64,000 bases of DNA. Source: Candidatus Eiseniibacteriota bacterium (GTDB lineage: Bacteria > Eisenbacteria > RBG-16-71-46 > CAVPCR01). Positions 32,696-44,608 of this stretch are shown here, piece by piece. The stretch covers positions 1,600,001-1,664,000 of the forward strand of contig CAWGMA010000001.1 of assembly GCA_963823555.1 (NCBI GenBank). Reading direction: 5' to 3'. Within the stretch, counting starts at the first letter, position 1; each line of letters opens with the position of its first letter. The translations under genes were made by a program, and so were the position numbers. Under the pieces are notes generated by a model. The model was not told where the DNA came from, ran no database searches, and saw only the letters and a list, made by a program, of their open reading frames with translations.

Positions 32696-33822
32696 CGTCC
32701 GGCCCCGGCGAGCTCCGGGGCCGGCTGCGACTCCCCGGCGGCGGGGTAGCTCTGGAAGAGCTTCCCCCACGGCGTCTTCATGTACGCGGCGACCCGCTTC
32801 GAGCCGATGAACGGGTACCAGTAGTAGTCGTGGTAGGCCCACGACGCGATGTACGTCGAGACGACGAGCGGGGTATGGGTCAACAGCCGCTCGAACGGCT
32901 TGAAGAAGCCGTGATAGAGCGCGTGCTGGCCGCGGCTGGCGAAAGTCGACCCGTAGGCGCACCCCAGGTCCACCCCGTCGATCGAGTCGCCCACGATCTC
33001 GATCTCGCGGACATCACCCACCCCGAGACCGTGCTCATGGGCGATGCGGATGAACGGCAGGCTCATGGGATCGAAACCCATCATCCGGGCCGATACCGCA
33101 TCGATCGCCACCTGATCGGCCGAGGCGAGGACGAAGCCCGCGGGCCGCACTTCCATGCACCGGGGGCCCGGCCCCGATCCCACGACATGGCCGTCCGTCA
33201 CGGCGAAGATCCCGGAGTGGATCTCCTTCTGGATCATCAAGAGATCGACCAGGGTCTCGTGGATGACCGAGTGCGTCCAGTGCCGCTGCCGGTGGAGGAG
33301 CCCGCCGAAGGCGTTCTTCATGGCCCCGGTGATCGTGGTGAAGACGTGGGTCTTCATGGTCGGCAAGTGGATGATGTTCTCGCCGATCATCCGCTTGGGA
33401 ATCCGGATGCCGTCCGGGTAGACCTTGTCGAGGACGAGGAGCTTCCCCTTGGGCTCGTAGGTGATCCAGTCCTCGTTCTCGTAGAGGTGGACATTGCGCA
33501 GCCCGTGCTTCTCGATCACCGGGAGCTGCTTGTTGGCGCGCTCCCCCTCCTTGGCCGAGACCACCACCGTGTCGTTGTGGCAACCATGGATGAGCTCCCG
33601 CCGGTAGCCATCGGCCAGGAGTGCGCGGACGACCCCGTCGATCTGCCACGGCGTGCTCGAGCAGGCGGGATAGAACTTCTGCCAGGAGATATTGATCTTG
33701 AGCGCGGTGTCCGTGTCCTTGGGCAGGTGATCTTGATAGTCCACCGACCGCATGGCGCGGCCGATATCATCGACGATCGCCTCCGGCGACGTGCGGAGGA
33801 CGGCAACCCGGGATCTAGCCAT
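32692..33822 (-). CDS. DUF362 domain protein
   Basis: LKINISW, LPTMKTHVFTTITGAMKNAFG, DQVAIDAV; ATG 33822 with GAGG SD. Confidence 0.85.
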   Translation of the reverse strand: MARSRVAVLRTSPEAIVDDIGRAMRSVDYQDHLPKDTDTALKINISWQKFYPACSSTPWQIDGVVRALLADGYRRELIHGCHNDTVVVSAKEGERANKQLPVIEKHGLRNVHLYENEDWITYEPKGKLLVLDKVYPDGIRIPKRMIGENIIHLPTMKTHVFTTITGAMKNAFGGLLHRQRHWTHSVIHETLVDLLMIQKEIHSGIFAVTDGHVVGSGPGPRCMEVRPAGFVLASADQVAIDAVSARMMGFDPMSLPFIRIAHEHGLGVGDVREIEIVGDSIDGVDLGCAYGSTFASRGQHALYHGFFKPFERLLTHTPLVVSTYIASWAYHDYYWYPFIGSKRVAAYMKTPWGKLFQSYPAAGESQPAPELAGAGR

Positions 33823-33863
33823 GGACCTCTCTTGTTCCTCTACCTGGTGCCGCGGAGCCTGGG

Positions 33864-35009
33864 CTAGGACTCCTTGAGCAGGTTCGCGGCGATCACGAGC
33901 TTCTGGACCTGCGACGTCCCCTCGTAGAGCTGCGTGATCTTCGCATCCCGGTACAACCGTTCGACCGGGAAGTCCTGGATATAACCATATCCGCCGTGGA
34001 TCTGCACGGCGCGATCGGCCGAGCGGACCGCGGTCTCCGAGGCGTAGAGCTTGGCCATCGACGCCTCCTTGGCGCAGCGCTCGCCGTTGCCCCGCATCAC
34101 GGCGGCGCGATACGTCAAGAGCTGGGAGGCGCTGATCTCGGTGGCCATGTCGGCGAGCATCCACTGGATCGACTGGAACTCGGCGATCGGCTTCCCGAAC
34201 TGCTCGCGCTGCAGGGCATACTTGAGCGCCTCGGCGAGGGCGTTGCGGGCGATGCCGATGGCCTGGGCGGCAATCCCGATCCGCCCCCCCTCGAGGGTGG
34301 CGAGCGCGATCGAGTAGCCGCGATTGAGCTCCCCGAGGAGGTTCTCCTCCGGCACCTCGGCGTTGTTGAGGACGATCTCCATGGTCGAGGAGCCGCGGAT
34401 GCCCATCGTCTTCTCGCGATGCGGCCGCTCGACGCCGGGGAATCCGGTCTCGACCAGGAAGCAGGTGATGCCGCGGCTCTTGGCCGCGGGATCGGTCCGG
34501 GTGTAGACGACGAGGACATCCGCCACCCCGCCGTTGGTGACGAACATCTTGGTCCCGTTCAGGATGTACTTCCCGTTCTTCTTGACCGCCGTCGTCTTCT
34601 GGTTGGCGGCATCGGACCCGGCCTCGGGCTCGGTGAGGCAGTAGGCGCCGATCATCTTGCCGCTGGCCAGCCCGTTGAGATAGCGCCGCTTCTGGTCCTC
34701 GGTGCCGAACTGCTCGATGGGGCCGCAGACGAGCGAGTTCTGCACCGACATCACGACTCCCGTCGCGGCGCAGGCCGCCGACACCTCCTCCAGGGCGAGG
34801 ATGTACGACAGGAAGTCGAGGCCGGCGCCATCGTGCTCGGGATCGACGCACATGCCCATGAACCCCATCTCGCCGAGGCGGCGCACCGCATCCCAGGGAA
34901 ACTCCCGGGTCTCGTCGGTCTTCGCCGCGCCCGGCGCGATCTCCTTCTCCGCCACGTCGCGCGCGGCATCGCGGATCATGATCTGCTCTTCGGTCAGCTC
35001 GAAATCCAT
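33864..35009 (-). CDS. Acyl-CoA dehydrogenase (butyryl-CoA type)
   Basis: CLTEPEAGSDA, NGTKMFVTNG, QIHGGYGY, LYEGTSQVQ. Confidence 0.95.
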   Translation of the reverse strand: MDFELTEEQIMIRDAARDVAEKEIAPGAAKTDETREFPWDAVRRLGEMGFMGMCVDPEHDGAGLDFLSYILALEEVSAACAATGVVMSVQNSLVCGPIEQFGTEDQKRRYLNGLASGKMIGAYCLTEPEAGSDAANQKTTAVKKNGKYILNGTKMFVTNGGVADVLVVYTRTDPAAKSRGITCFLVETGFPGVERPHREKTMGIRGSSTMEIVLNNAEVPEENLLGELNRGYSIALATLEGGRIGIAAQAIGIARNALAEALKYALQREQFGKPIAEFQSIQWMLADMATEISASQLLTYRAAVMRGNGERCAKEASMAKLYASETAVRSADRAVQIHGGYGYIQDFPVERLYRDAKITQLYEGTSQVQKLVIAANLLKES

Positions 35010-35046
35010 GTTCTCTTCTCTGGGGATCGGTTGGCTCTCGTCCTGC

Positions 35047-35949
<903 letters not shown>

Positions 35950-36004
35950 CGCTCCCTCCTTCGGGCGTCCCCCCGGGCGGGCGCCGCCGGCGCCCGCCAC
36001 CGAT

Positions 36005-37195
36005 CTACACCAGCTCGATCGCCATCGCCACCGCTTCCCCACCGCCGAGGCAGAGCGTGGCGAGCCCCTTCGTCTTCTTGTGCGTCTTGAGCGCCTGGAT
36101 GAGCGTGGCCACGATGCGGGCGCCCGAGGCGCCGATCGGATGCCCGAGGGCGACCGCTCCGCCGTGCACGTTGACGCGGCTGAAATCCCAACCCAGCTCG
36201 CGACCATCCACCAGCGCCTGCGCCGAGAAGGCCTCGTTGGCCTCGATCAGATCCCAGTGATCGATCTTGACGCCCATCTTCTTCATGAGCTTCCGCACGG
36301 CCACGACCGGCGCATAGAACACCATCTCCGGCTCCGCGCCGCCGGTGGCGTAGTCGATGATCCGCGCCTCGGGCTTGACTCCGAGATCCTTGGCGCGCTT
36401 CTCGCTCAAGACCACCATCGCCGCCCCGCCATCGTTCAGGCCGGGGGCGTTGCCTGCCGTCACCGAGCCGTCCTTCTCGAACGCGGGCTTCAACTTGGCG
36501 AGCACCTCGAGGGAGGTGTCGCGCCGCGGGCTCTCATCGGTCGTCACCTTGATCGGATCGCCCTTCCGCTGCGGCACCTCGACCGTGAAGATCTCCTTGG
36601 CGAAGAGGTTCGCGTCCTGCGCCGCCACCGCCTTCTTGTGGCTCTCGTAGGCGTAGCGGTCCTGGTCCTCGCGCGTCACGTTGAACTTGCGCGCGATGAG
36701 CTCGGCCGCGCTTCCCATGTGGAAGTTGTTGAACGAGTCCCAGAGGCCATCGAGGACCACCGAGTCGGCCATCTGAGTACCCCCGAGGCGGAGCCCGTTG
36801 CGAGCGTCGTTCAGGAGGAACGGCGCCTGCGACATGCTCTCCATGCCGCCGGCGACGAAGATCTCGTCCTCGCCGGCGCGGATCGCCTGCGCCGCGAGCA
36901 TGGCCGCCTTGAGCCCGGAGCCGCAGACCTTGTTGACGGTCATCGCCGCCACCGTGGGCGGGAGCCCAGCGTGGATCATGGCCTGCCGCGCCGGAGCCTG
37001 TCCGGATCCGGCCTGCACCACCTGGCCCATGATCACCTCGTCGACGGCGGCCGGCTCGATGCCGGCGCGCTTGATCGCCTCGCGGATGGCCATCGCTCCG
37101 AGCATCGGCGCCTTGAAGCTGGCCAGTCCACCCATGAACTTGCCGATCGGAGTGCGGCACGAACCGGCAATCAGGACTTCACCGTTCTTCGCCAT
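36005..37195 (-). CDS. Acetyl-CoA C-acetyltransferase (thiolase)
   Basis: [28 protein letters not shown]. Confidence 0.95.
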   Translation of the reverse strand: MAKNGEVLIAGSCRTPIGKFMGGLASFKAPMLGAMAIREAIKRAGIEPAAVDEVIMGQVVQAGSGQAPARQAMIHAGLPPTVAAMTVNKVCGSGLKAAMLAAQAIRAGEDEIFVAGGMESMSQAPFLLNDARNGLRLGGTQMADSVVLDGLWDSFNNFHMGSAAELIARKFNVTREDQDRYAYESHKKAVAAQDANLFAKEIFTVEVPQRKGDPIKVTTDESPRRDTSLEVLAKLKPAFEKDGSVTAGNAPGLNDGGAAMVVLSEKRAKDLGVKPEARIIDYATGGAEPEMVFYAPVVAVRKLMKKMGVKIDHWDLIEANEAFSAQALVDGRELGWDFSRVNVHGGAVALGHPIGASGARIVATLIQALKTHKKTKGLATLCLGGGEAVAMAIELV

Positions 37196-37514
37196 CGGAT
37201 ATTTCCTCGTCTGGTTGGAGAAGCCACCGCCCGCGGGCGAACGCCGCATGAGGGCGAGCTGTCCGGACCCATGGGGAATTGGTCCATCGAGCGCGGGCCC
37301 GAGAAGGCAGCCAGGGGACGGCGCGGCGCCCGGGCCGGCGCGAAACCGGACAGGTGACGTTACCGCCGGCCGGGAGAGGCGTCAAGCCATGCCCGGACAG
37401 AGCGTTGCCCGCGTTCTCGGGGCTCCCTATACTCGAGGGCGGCGGTTCACAGCGTGCGAGCCTGCAGCGACGCCGCCCGCCTGATGCGACCCGGATCCGT
37501 TCCCATGGAGGCAG

Positions 37515-40500
37515 ATGGCGATCCCGGATCTCCTCTCCCGCTGGCCCCTCCTCGGCCAGCTCGCCACCGGCGGCGACGGCACGGGCCCCGAGGCGGCATC
37601 CCCGGCCACGCGAGCACTTCGCGCCCGGATCGCGGATCCGCGCGTCGCCACCGCGCGCTCGGTCTGCCCCTACTGCGCCGTCGGGTGCGGGCAGCTCGTG
37701 CATGTGCGCGACGGCGCCATCATCGACATCGAGGGCGATCCCGCCTCCCCGATCTCGGCGGGGCGTCTCTGCCCCAAGGGCGCCGCCTCGCACCAGCTCC
37801 TCACGCATGGCGGGCGCCTCACGCAGGTCCTCTATCGCGCGCCGCGCGCGCGGGAGTTCACGACGCTCCCGCTCGAGACCGCGATGGACATGATCGCCGA
37901 GCGCGTTTGGGCCACCCGCGCGCGGAGCTTCGTCGAACGCGACACCGCCGGCCGGCCGCTCAACCACACGACCGCGATCGCGCACCTCGGGGGAGCCACG
38001 CTCGACAACGAGGAGAACTACCTCATCAAGAAGCTCTTCACCGCCGGCCTCGGCATGGTGGCGGTGTCGAACCAGGCCCGGGTCTGACACAGCTCGACGG
38101 TGCCCGGTCTGGGCACCACGCTCGGGCGGGGCGGGGCCACCATGGCCCTCGAGGATCTCCGCCACTCGGACCTGATCCTGATCCAGGGCTCCTCGATGGC
38201 GGAAGCGCATCCGGTCGGGTTCCGCTTCGTGGTCGAGGCGCGCGAGCGCGGGGCGACCGTGATCCACATCGATCCGCGCTTCTCCCGCACCTCTGCGCTC
38301 GCCGACATCTGGGCGCCGATCCGCGCCGGGAGCGATCTCATCTTCCTCGGCGGGCTCATCCGCCATGTCATCGAGACGGGGAGCATCTTTCGCGACTACG
38401 TCGTCCCCTACACCAATGCGGCGGACATCCTGGGCGAGGACTTCCGGGACACCGAGGATCTGGACGGGCTCTTCTCCGGCTGGGATCCGGAGGCCCGCCG
38501 CTACGACACGCGGACCTGGCAGCCCACCGGGGAGCGCGACCCGAGCCTCGAGCATCCGCGCTCGGTGTTCCAGGTGCTCCGTCGCCACTTCGCGCGCTAC
38601 ACGCCCGAGCTCATCGAGCAAAGCTGCGGCATCGAGCAGGAGCTCTTCCAGCGCATCGCCAAGGCGCTCACCGCCAACTCGGGTCCCGAGCGCACGAGCG
38701 CCATCTGCTATGCGGTCGGCTGGACCCAGCACACCAAGGGCGTGCAGGTGATCCGCGCCGCTGCCATCCTCCAGCTCCTGTTGGGGAACGTCGGGCGCCC
38801 GGGCGGCGGCATCCTCGCCCTCCGCGGACATGCCTCCATCCAGGGCTCGACCGACATCCCGACGCTCTACAACATGCTCCCGGGCTACCTGCCGATGCCG
38901 GGTCCCGACGATGCGAAGCTCGCCGACTACGTCGCGCGGCACGCCACGGGCGGTCAGTGGGCTCATCTCCCCGCCTACATCGTGAGCTGGCTCAAGGCCA
39001 CCTACGGCGAGGCCGCGACCGCCACCAACGATTTCGGCTTTGCTTTCCTGCCGCGTATCGTGCGCGACCACTCGCACCTCTCCTTCTTCGCCGAGATGGC
39101 GGATGGCGGGATCGAGGGGCTCTTCGTCATGGGCCAGAACCCGGCGGTGGCCGGGCAGCACGCCCGCCTCGAGCGGAAGGCGCTCGCCCGCCTCAGGTGG
39201 CTCGTGGTGCGGGATCTCGTCGTCACCGAGACCGCCACCTTCTGGCGCGATTCGCCTGAGGTCGCCCGCGGCGAGATCGACCCCTCGACGCTCGAGACCG
39301 AGGTCTTCGTGCTCCCGGCGGCGGGCCATGCCGAGAAGGAAGGCACCTTCACCAACACCCACCGCCTCCTCCAGTGGCGCGAGAAGGCCGTCGATCCTCC
39401 CGGCGACGCCCGGAGCGAGGCCTGGTTCATCGTCCATCTCGGGCGGCGGCTGCGCGCGCTCGCCAGGCGGAGCGGGGAGGAACAGGATGGGGCTCTCCGT
39501 GCACTCGACTGGGATTACCCGCACCTTCCGGGGGCGATCGGCGAGCCCGACATGGCCCGGGTACTCCAGGAGATCAACGGGCGCGAGGTGGCAGCGGAGC
39601 GGCTCATGCCCGGCTTCCACGCCCTCAAGGACGATGGCTCGACGAGCTGCGGGTGCTGGATCTACAGCGGGGTCTTCCCCGAGGAGCACCGCAATCGGGC
39701 CGCTGAGCGTGAAGCCAGGGGCCCGTACGGGCACGGCTGGGGCTTCGCCTGGCCCGCAGACCGCCGGATCCTCTACAACCGCGCCTCGGCCCGCCCTGAT
39801 GGCCAGCCCTGGAGCGAGCGGAAGCGCCTCGTCTGGTGGGATGAGGGAGCCGGACGCTGGACCGGGCTCGATACCCCCGACTTCCCGGCGGCGAAGCGGC
39901 CGGACTACGTTCCGCCCCCCGGCTCCCTCGGCCTCGATGCCCACAGGGGGGATGCTCCGTTCGTGATGAAGCCGGACGGAAGAGGCTGGATCTTTGTTTA
40001 CGATGGGCTCTTGGACGGTCCGCTTCCAGCCCATTATGAAGCCATCGAATCGGTGGTGCGGAACCCTCTCTACGTGCGGGCGGCGACGAACCCGGCCGCC
40101 AACAGGTTCGAGCGCCCCGACAACCCGCTCGCCGCTCCGCTCGATCCGCGCTTCCCGTACATCCTCACGACCTATCGCCTCACCGAGCACCACACCGCCG
40201 GGGGCATGTCCCGCTACCTGCCGTGGCTCGCCGAGCTCCAGCCCACGTTCTTCCTCGAGCTCTCCCCCGAGCTGGCTTCCGACCACGGGATCGCGCACGG
40301 CGGCTGGGTCACCGTGGTCACGCCCAGGGCGGCGATCGAGGCCCGCGCCCTCGTCACGCGTCGCATGCGTCCGCTCGCGATCGATGGCCGCCCCGTGCAT
40401 CAGGTGGCGATGCCTTTCCACTGGGGATCCGGGGGGCTCGTCACGGGCGACGGGGCGAACGAGCTCATCCCGCTCCTCGGCGAGCCGAACGTCATGATTC

Positions 40501-40625
40501 ACGAGTCGAAGGCGCTCGTGTGCGCGCTGTGGCCGGGGCGGCGACCGGAGGGGCGAGCGCTCCTCGATCTCCTCGCCCGGCTCGATCGCGGCGAGGACGT
40601 GCGCCCGCGGGGTGCCGCGCCATGA
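37515..40625 (+). CDS. Formate dehydrogenase alpha subunit, selenocysteine-containing (FdnG/FdoG-like), 1036 aa
   Basis: CPYCAVGC..LCPKG Fe-S motif; SNQARV-TGA(38085)-HSSTVPGLG joins ORFs 37515 and 38100 in frame; LRGHASIQG, TYRLTEHH. Confidence 0.95.
38099..38117 (+). promoter_or_regulatory. SECIS element of the FDH alpha gene
   Basis: GGTGCCC-GGTCT-GGGCACC hairpin 11 nt after the UGA. Confidence 0.85.
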
Positions 40626-41410
40626 GCGAGCGCGCCCCGGTCACGACCGGCTTCTTGACGGATGCCACGCTCTGCATCGGCTGCAAGGCGTGCGAGGTGG
40701 CGTGCAAGGAATGGAACGAGGTCCCGAGCGATGGCTACGCCTGGGGCGGGCTCTCCTACGATCACACGCGGAGCCTCGGCGGCTCGACCTGGCGCCACGT
40801 CAAGTTCCTCGAGCAGCCGCTCGCCGCGGGGCCACAGGTGCTGGGGGCGAAGGACTCCTTCCGCTGGGTCTTCCTCTCCGACGTGTGCAAGCACTGCGAG
40901 CGGGCGGGATGTCTCGAGGCCTGTCCGACCGGCGCCATCTTCAGGAACGAGTTCGGCGCCGTCTACGTGCAGTCCGATGTCTGCAACGGCTGCGGGTACT
41001 GCGTCGTCACGTGCCCGTTCGGCGTGATCGGACGGCGGGAAGGAGACGGGCGCGTCTTCAAGTGCACGCTCTGCTATGACCGCCAGCTCTCGGGGCTCAT
41101 CCCCGCCTGCGCCAAGGCCTGCCCCACCGAGTCGATCCGCTTCGGGCCGCTTGAGGAGCTCGAGGCGAGGGCCGAGAAGCGCGTGGCCGACCTCCGCGCG
41201 CGCGGCTACGAGGATGCGCTCCTCTACACGGCGGCCGGGACCTCGGTGGGCGGCGTCCACGCGATGTCTCTCATCCTCGGTGACCCGGAGGCCTACGGGC
41301 TCCCACCCGCACCCGAGTTCCCGGGGGCGCATCTCCCCGCGGCGTGGACGGCGGCGGCCCTGGCTGCGCTCGCATTCGCCGTCGTGGTGGCCGTCGCGTT
41401 CGCGGTGTGA
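40622..41410 (+). CDS. Formate dehydrogenase iron-sulfur (beta) subunit with C-terminal TM helix
   Basis: CIGCKACEVAC, CKHC..AGCLEACP, CNGCGYCVVTCP, KCTLC..PACAKACP; ATG 40622 overlaps the alpha stop. Confidence 0.93.
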   Translation: MSERAPVTTGFLTDATLCIGCKACEVACKEWNEVPSDGYAWGGLSYDHTRSLGGSTWRHVKFLEQPLAAGPQVLGAKDSFRWVFLSDVCKHCERAGCLEACPTGAIFRNEFGAVYVQSDVCNGCGYCVVTCPFGVIGRREGDGRVFKCTLCYDRQLSGLIPACAKACPTESIRFGPLEELEARAEKRVADLRARGYEDALLYTAAGTSVGGVHAMSLILGDPEAYGLPPAPEFPGAHLPAAWTAAALAALAFAVVVAVAFAV

Positions 41411-41424
41411 CGCCGGCGCGCTCG

Positions 41425-41465
41425 ACTCTCGCTCCTCGTTTGCGCCACGAACCAGCAGGAGTGCG
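41425..41465 (+). repeat. 41-bp imperfect direct repeat, copy A (att-like)
   Basis: actctcgctcctcgtttgcgccacgaaccagcaggagtgcg; 37/41 identical to 48699..48739. Confidence 0.85.
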
Positions 41466-41496
41466 GGTTGTACATGCGGAATCGTGGTCAGGGTTT

Positions 41497-41546
41497 ACCG
41501 CTGCCGGAAACCCGACAGATCGTGGAGGCCTGGCGGGTGGACTACC
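41497..41546 (+). mobile_element. IS3-family integrase C-terminal scar
   Basis: Translates LPETRQIVEAWRVDY, resembling the 'AR.IIEAWR.DYN' motif. Confidence 0.5.
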
Positions 41547-41951
41547 GTGTCCTTGCTGATGCCCATCTTCGAGAAAGCGCTGTCGACATCCGACATGCCG
41601 CCGATCTTCGAGAGCGCGCCGGCGAGCGAGACGTGAGAGGACATCATCCTGCGCTCCCGGGAATTTCCTCTCGGGACCGACGATCCAACAGGCCAACATC
41701 CTCCTCTGCAAGAGCTCCGCCGCCGGGGCGGGTCGACGGAATTCGGTGGCCCAACACACGTCCCGCGTGGTACACTGAAACAGTGCTCAGGATCAGTACA
41801 CCTTACACGAGCCGCTTGGAGCTCATGAGGCTGGAACGTACATCTTCGTCGAGTTGCTGCTATTGCCTTGAGGAGTAGTCCTCGTTCCGAGCTGGCGGGT
41901 GGAATCCCTCCAACTCATTGCAGCTCATCATCAGAGATAGGAGGTTGAGTA

Positions 41952-42479
41952 ATGAAGCAACTGATCATGGCGTCGATTTTGCTAATCGGGATCGTCGCGA
42001 TTGCATCCGCGGAGGAGAAGGGTTACGGCAATGGGGGCTTCGACCTCCTAGAGGGTGGCGAGGGGCAGGCAGACGCGCTCGTGATCCCGGGACTGCCGTT
42101 CGCGGATGTCGGTGCCACTTGCGACAACACTTGGGACATCGACTTTAGCTGTGGCTTTACCAATGGTCAAAGCCCGGATGTCTGGTATAGCTACTATGCA
42201 TGCGAAGATGGCACAATCAATGTCTCCCTTTGCGGTAGCAGCTACGACACCGAAATCGCGGTCTTCGACGCGGGTCTCGCCGAGATCGCCTGCAATGACG
42301 ACTTCTGCGGTCTGCAGTCGGAGGTCGCCGCAGTCGTAACCGCTGGCCAGCTTTACTACATCGTTGTGTCCGGCTTCTTCGGAGCTTGCGGCGACTATGT
42401 CATCAACGTGACTGGCCCGGATTGCCCGGTTCCAGTCAGCGATGGGACGTGGGGTCAGATCAAGAATCAGTACCGATAG
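41952..42479 (+). CDS. Secreted Cys-rich protein (PPC-like domain) with TWGxIK tail
   Basis: Signal peptide; DVWYSY, SLCGSSYDT, ACNDDFCGLQS, YYIVVSGF; ends VPVSDGTWGQIKNQYR; AGGAGG SD. Confidence 0.8.
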   Translation: MKQLIMASILLIGIVAIASAEEKGYGNGGFDLLEGGEGQADALVIPGLPFADVGATCDNTWDIDFSCGFTNGQSPDVWYSYYACEDGTINVSLCGSSYDTEIAVFDAGLAEIACNDDFCGLQSEVAAVVTAGQLYYIVVSGFFGACGDYVINVTGPDCPVPVSDGTWGQIKNQYR

Positions 42480-42491
42480 AGATGGACGATG

Positions 42492-42530
42492 GGTTTCGGG
42501 GGAACCGCTCCGGCGGTCTCCCCCGAAACC
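42492..42530 (+). terminator. Hairpin terminator after the 41952 gene
   Basis: GGTTTCGGGGG-AACCGC-tccg-GCGGTCT-CCCCCGAAACC. Confidence 0.6.
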
Positions 42531-42811
42531 TCCTTCATCACAGAGTTCGGCCCGCAGAATCTGCCAATCGCCTCCACCGGGAACGCTTCCAGGCGCGGTG
42601 ATCGACCGCGGGCGCACCGAGATCTCGCTCCTTGTACTGGTCCAGCGATTCTCGGCTCGGCTTCCTATCCCTATCCACTGACAAGCGTTGACCTTACGAC
42701 TTCCAAGCGGTGTCCTGCGCGGCAATTCAGGAGGGCTGCCTAGAGCCATTGGCGCCTCCGAACTCGTACGTGCCCGGCTCCGAGCAAGGGTCCATGCCGT
42801 CGTCGCCCAGA

Positions 42812-42839
42812 AGCCCCGGTGGATTGCTCCACCGGGGCT
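42812..42839 (-). terminator. Hairpin terminator after the 42877 gene fragment
   Basis: AGCCCCGGTGGA-ttgc-TCCACCGGGGCT perfect 12-bp stem. Confidence 0.6.
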
Positions 42840-42876
42840 CCAAGCCTCATCTGGCTCCTCTAGCTCATCAACCGCG

Positions 42877-43460
42877 TCACTTGGCGAGCGTCATCGAGCG
42901 CGTCGCCGAATACGATCCGGCCTCGAGTCGATAGAAGTACCGCCCGCTCGGCAACCTGCTTCCGTCGAAGGTCACACGGTGCTCGCCGGCTGGCAACTCA
43001 CCATCCACTAGACGCGCCACAGCACGTCCCCTGGTGTCGTAGACGACCAAGCGCGCGGTACCAGGCTCCGGGAGATTGAAGCGGATGTCGGTCGAAGGGT
43101 TGAAAGGGTTCGGGATGCTGCCGAGGAGCGCGTAGGTCGTCGGGATCACGACCGCTACGGCCACGTCGGGATCGTCACCAGGATCCGCAGGCCCCTGCTT
43201 GGCAGAGCCTCCGGTGTGGATCTTGATCTGGCCTCCACCGAGCGCAGTGCCCGCGTAGCCGTCATCATCTTCTCCGATCTTGTTATCGTAGATGACGGTC
43301 TCCTCTGCATTCTTCTCCCAGATCTTGATGCGGAAGAGATCGACGTCACCACCTCCCGGCATGTCTGCATCGGTCGCGGTGAGCATGAAGCCAAAGTCAC
43401 CGATGCCATTGATGGAGCCGGATCCCTTGTACTTGGCGTGAGGGCCAGCTACGACCAGCC
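42877..43460 (-). pseudogene. 5'-truncated secreted protein with FlgD-Ig/T9SS-like C-terminal domain
   Basis: WLVVAGPHAKYKGSGSING..FRIKIW..YDN..LGGGQIKIH, then PNPFNPST.IRF..GRYFYRL..MTLAK; no N-terminus or signal peptide; abuts a recombinase scar. Confidence 0.75.
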
Positions 43461-43464
43461 CCGG

Positions 43465-43690
43465 GCCCTTGCCTCCGTTCGGAACCCGCCCCTGGTCTTC
43501 TCCCTGGCACTCGGCCCCGGCTTGCGCCTCGGCGAGATCGTGGGGCTCAACGTCGGGGACACGTACTTCCCCGACGGCACGCCACGCACACGGGTCCGCC
43601 TGCGCCGCGAAATCCCCGAGGGCGGGGGACCAGGCGACGTATGCCTGCCCGACGCGCTGGTCGAGAAGCTATCCCGTTTCTGGCGCGGGA
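43465..43690 (+). pseudogene. Tyrosine recombinase fragment (scar 1)
   Basis: SLALGPGLRLGEIVGLNVGD...PRTRVRLRREI..GG.GDV.LPDALVEKL (box I G-R-x-x-E); no start or C-terminal catalytic region. Confidence 0.75.
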
Positions 43691-43766
43691 TCTCATCCTC
43701 GCCGTAGCTGGTATACTGGCTGCTCGATCGACTTCTCGGGCACTACGCATTCAGGAGGAAGACGGC

Positions 43767-44306
43767 ATGAGAATCCAGGCCGTTCTCGCTCTGATTTCAC
43801 TTCTACTCCTGGCGCTGGCAGTACCTGCCTCCGTCAAGGCCGAGGACGTGGTGCACCACAAGAACGGGAGCACCACGCGGGGCATGATCATCGAGGAGGT
43901 CCCGGGGGAGAGTGTCACTGTCCGGGATAGTGTCGGCAACACCCACGTGATCTTGTTCGACGACGTAGCTCGTATCGAGCGGGGCCTACGCGAGCCGGGC
44001 GGAAGAAAGTCTGGAGTCGGCGCGTTCCTGCTGTCATTCCTCGTGTTCCCGGGCACCGGCCAGTTCTACAATGGCGAGCTGGGCAAAGGTGGAGTCATGA
44101 TGGGGATGGCTGCCGGGGCGATTGCTATCGTCGCATCCACCGACATCAGAAGCATGGAGGTCACTGCCAGCTCCGTGCTCCTGGGCGATTGGATCTGGTC
44201 TGCGATTGACGCACCGATCTCCTCCAGTCGCATCAACCGCGAGCGTGGGTACAGCGACGCGCCTAGGAACGCCGTCCGGTTGGTCGTGGCGCACGTCGCA
44301 TTCTGA
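43767..44306 (+). CDS. Secreted/membrane hypothetical protein (TM2/DUF5683-like C-half)
   Basis: Signal peptide; DVV..KNGS..RG.I domain; KSGVGAFLLSFLVFPGTGQFYNGE..KG; AGGAGG SD. Confidence 0.7.
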   Translation: MRIQAVLALISLLLLALAVPASVKAEDVVHHKNGSTTRGMIIEEVPGESVTVRDSVGNTHVILFDDVARIERGLREPGGRKSGVGAFLLSFLVFPGTGQFYNGELGKGGVMMGMAAGAIAIVASTDIRSMEVTASSVLLGDWIWSAIDAPISSSRINRERGYSDAPRNAVRLVVAHVAF

Positions 44307-44608
44307 GCAAAGCGCACAGCCCAGCCTGCGCCTCCCGAAGACCCGTATCCGCCCTCTGTCTGCTCCCTAGGACCCTCTAGCTGCAGTGGTCCAGCGATTC
44401 TCCGATCGAACTCATTAATCGGACTCGGTTCCGCAACGCGATCCTCTTCCATCTCGGGGACCTCGACCTATACCCACGACCCGCGGAAGTCAGCCGATGA
44501 ACTCACCCACACGATTCCCGGAAGAGCCGAGGAAGATGGCGCCAGCCCCCGCGCCGGATCCGCACCACCAGTACGGCTCCGTCGAGCGATCACGCCATGT
44601 TCCCGCCG

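Noticed and set aside
33823..34851. N-terminal extension of the 719-aa ORF
   Set aside because: An alternate frame over the acyl-CoA dehydrogenase; DUF362 starts at 33822.
37179..40502. 1107-aa minus-strand ORF and similar long antisense ORFs (687..2594, 18277..19968, 35426..37357)
   Set aside because: These mirror well-supported genes on the opposite strand, as expected in high-GC DNA, and show no recognisable motifs.
41559..41636. Short duplicated peptide MPIFEKA/MPPIFESA as a RiPP precursor
   Set aside because: Only two degenerate copies in mobile-element debris, with no SD or nearby maturase.
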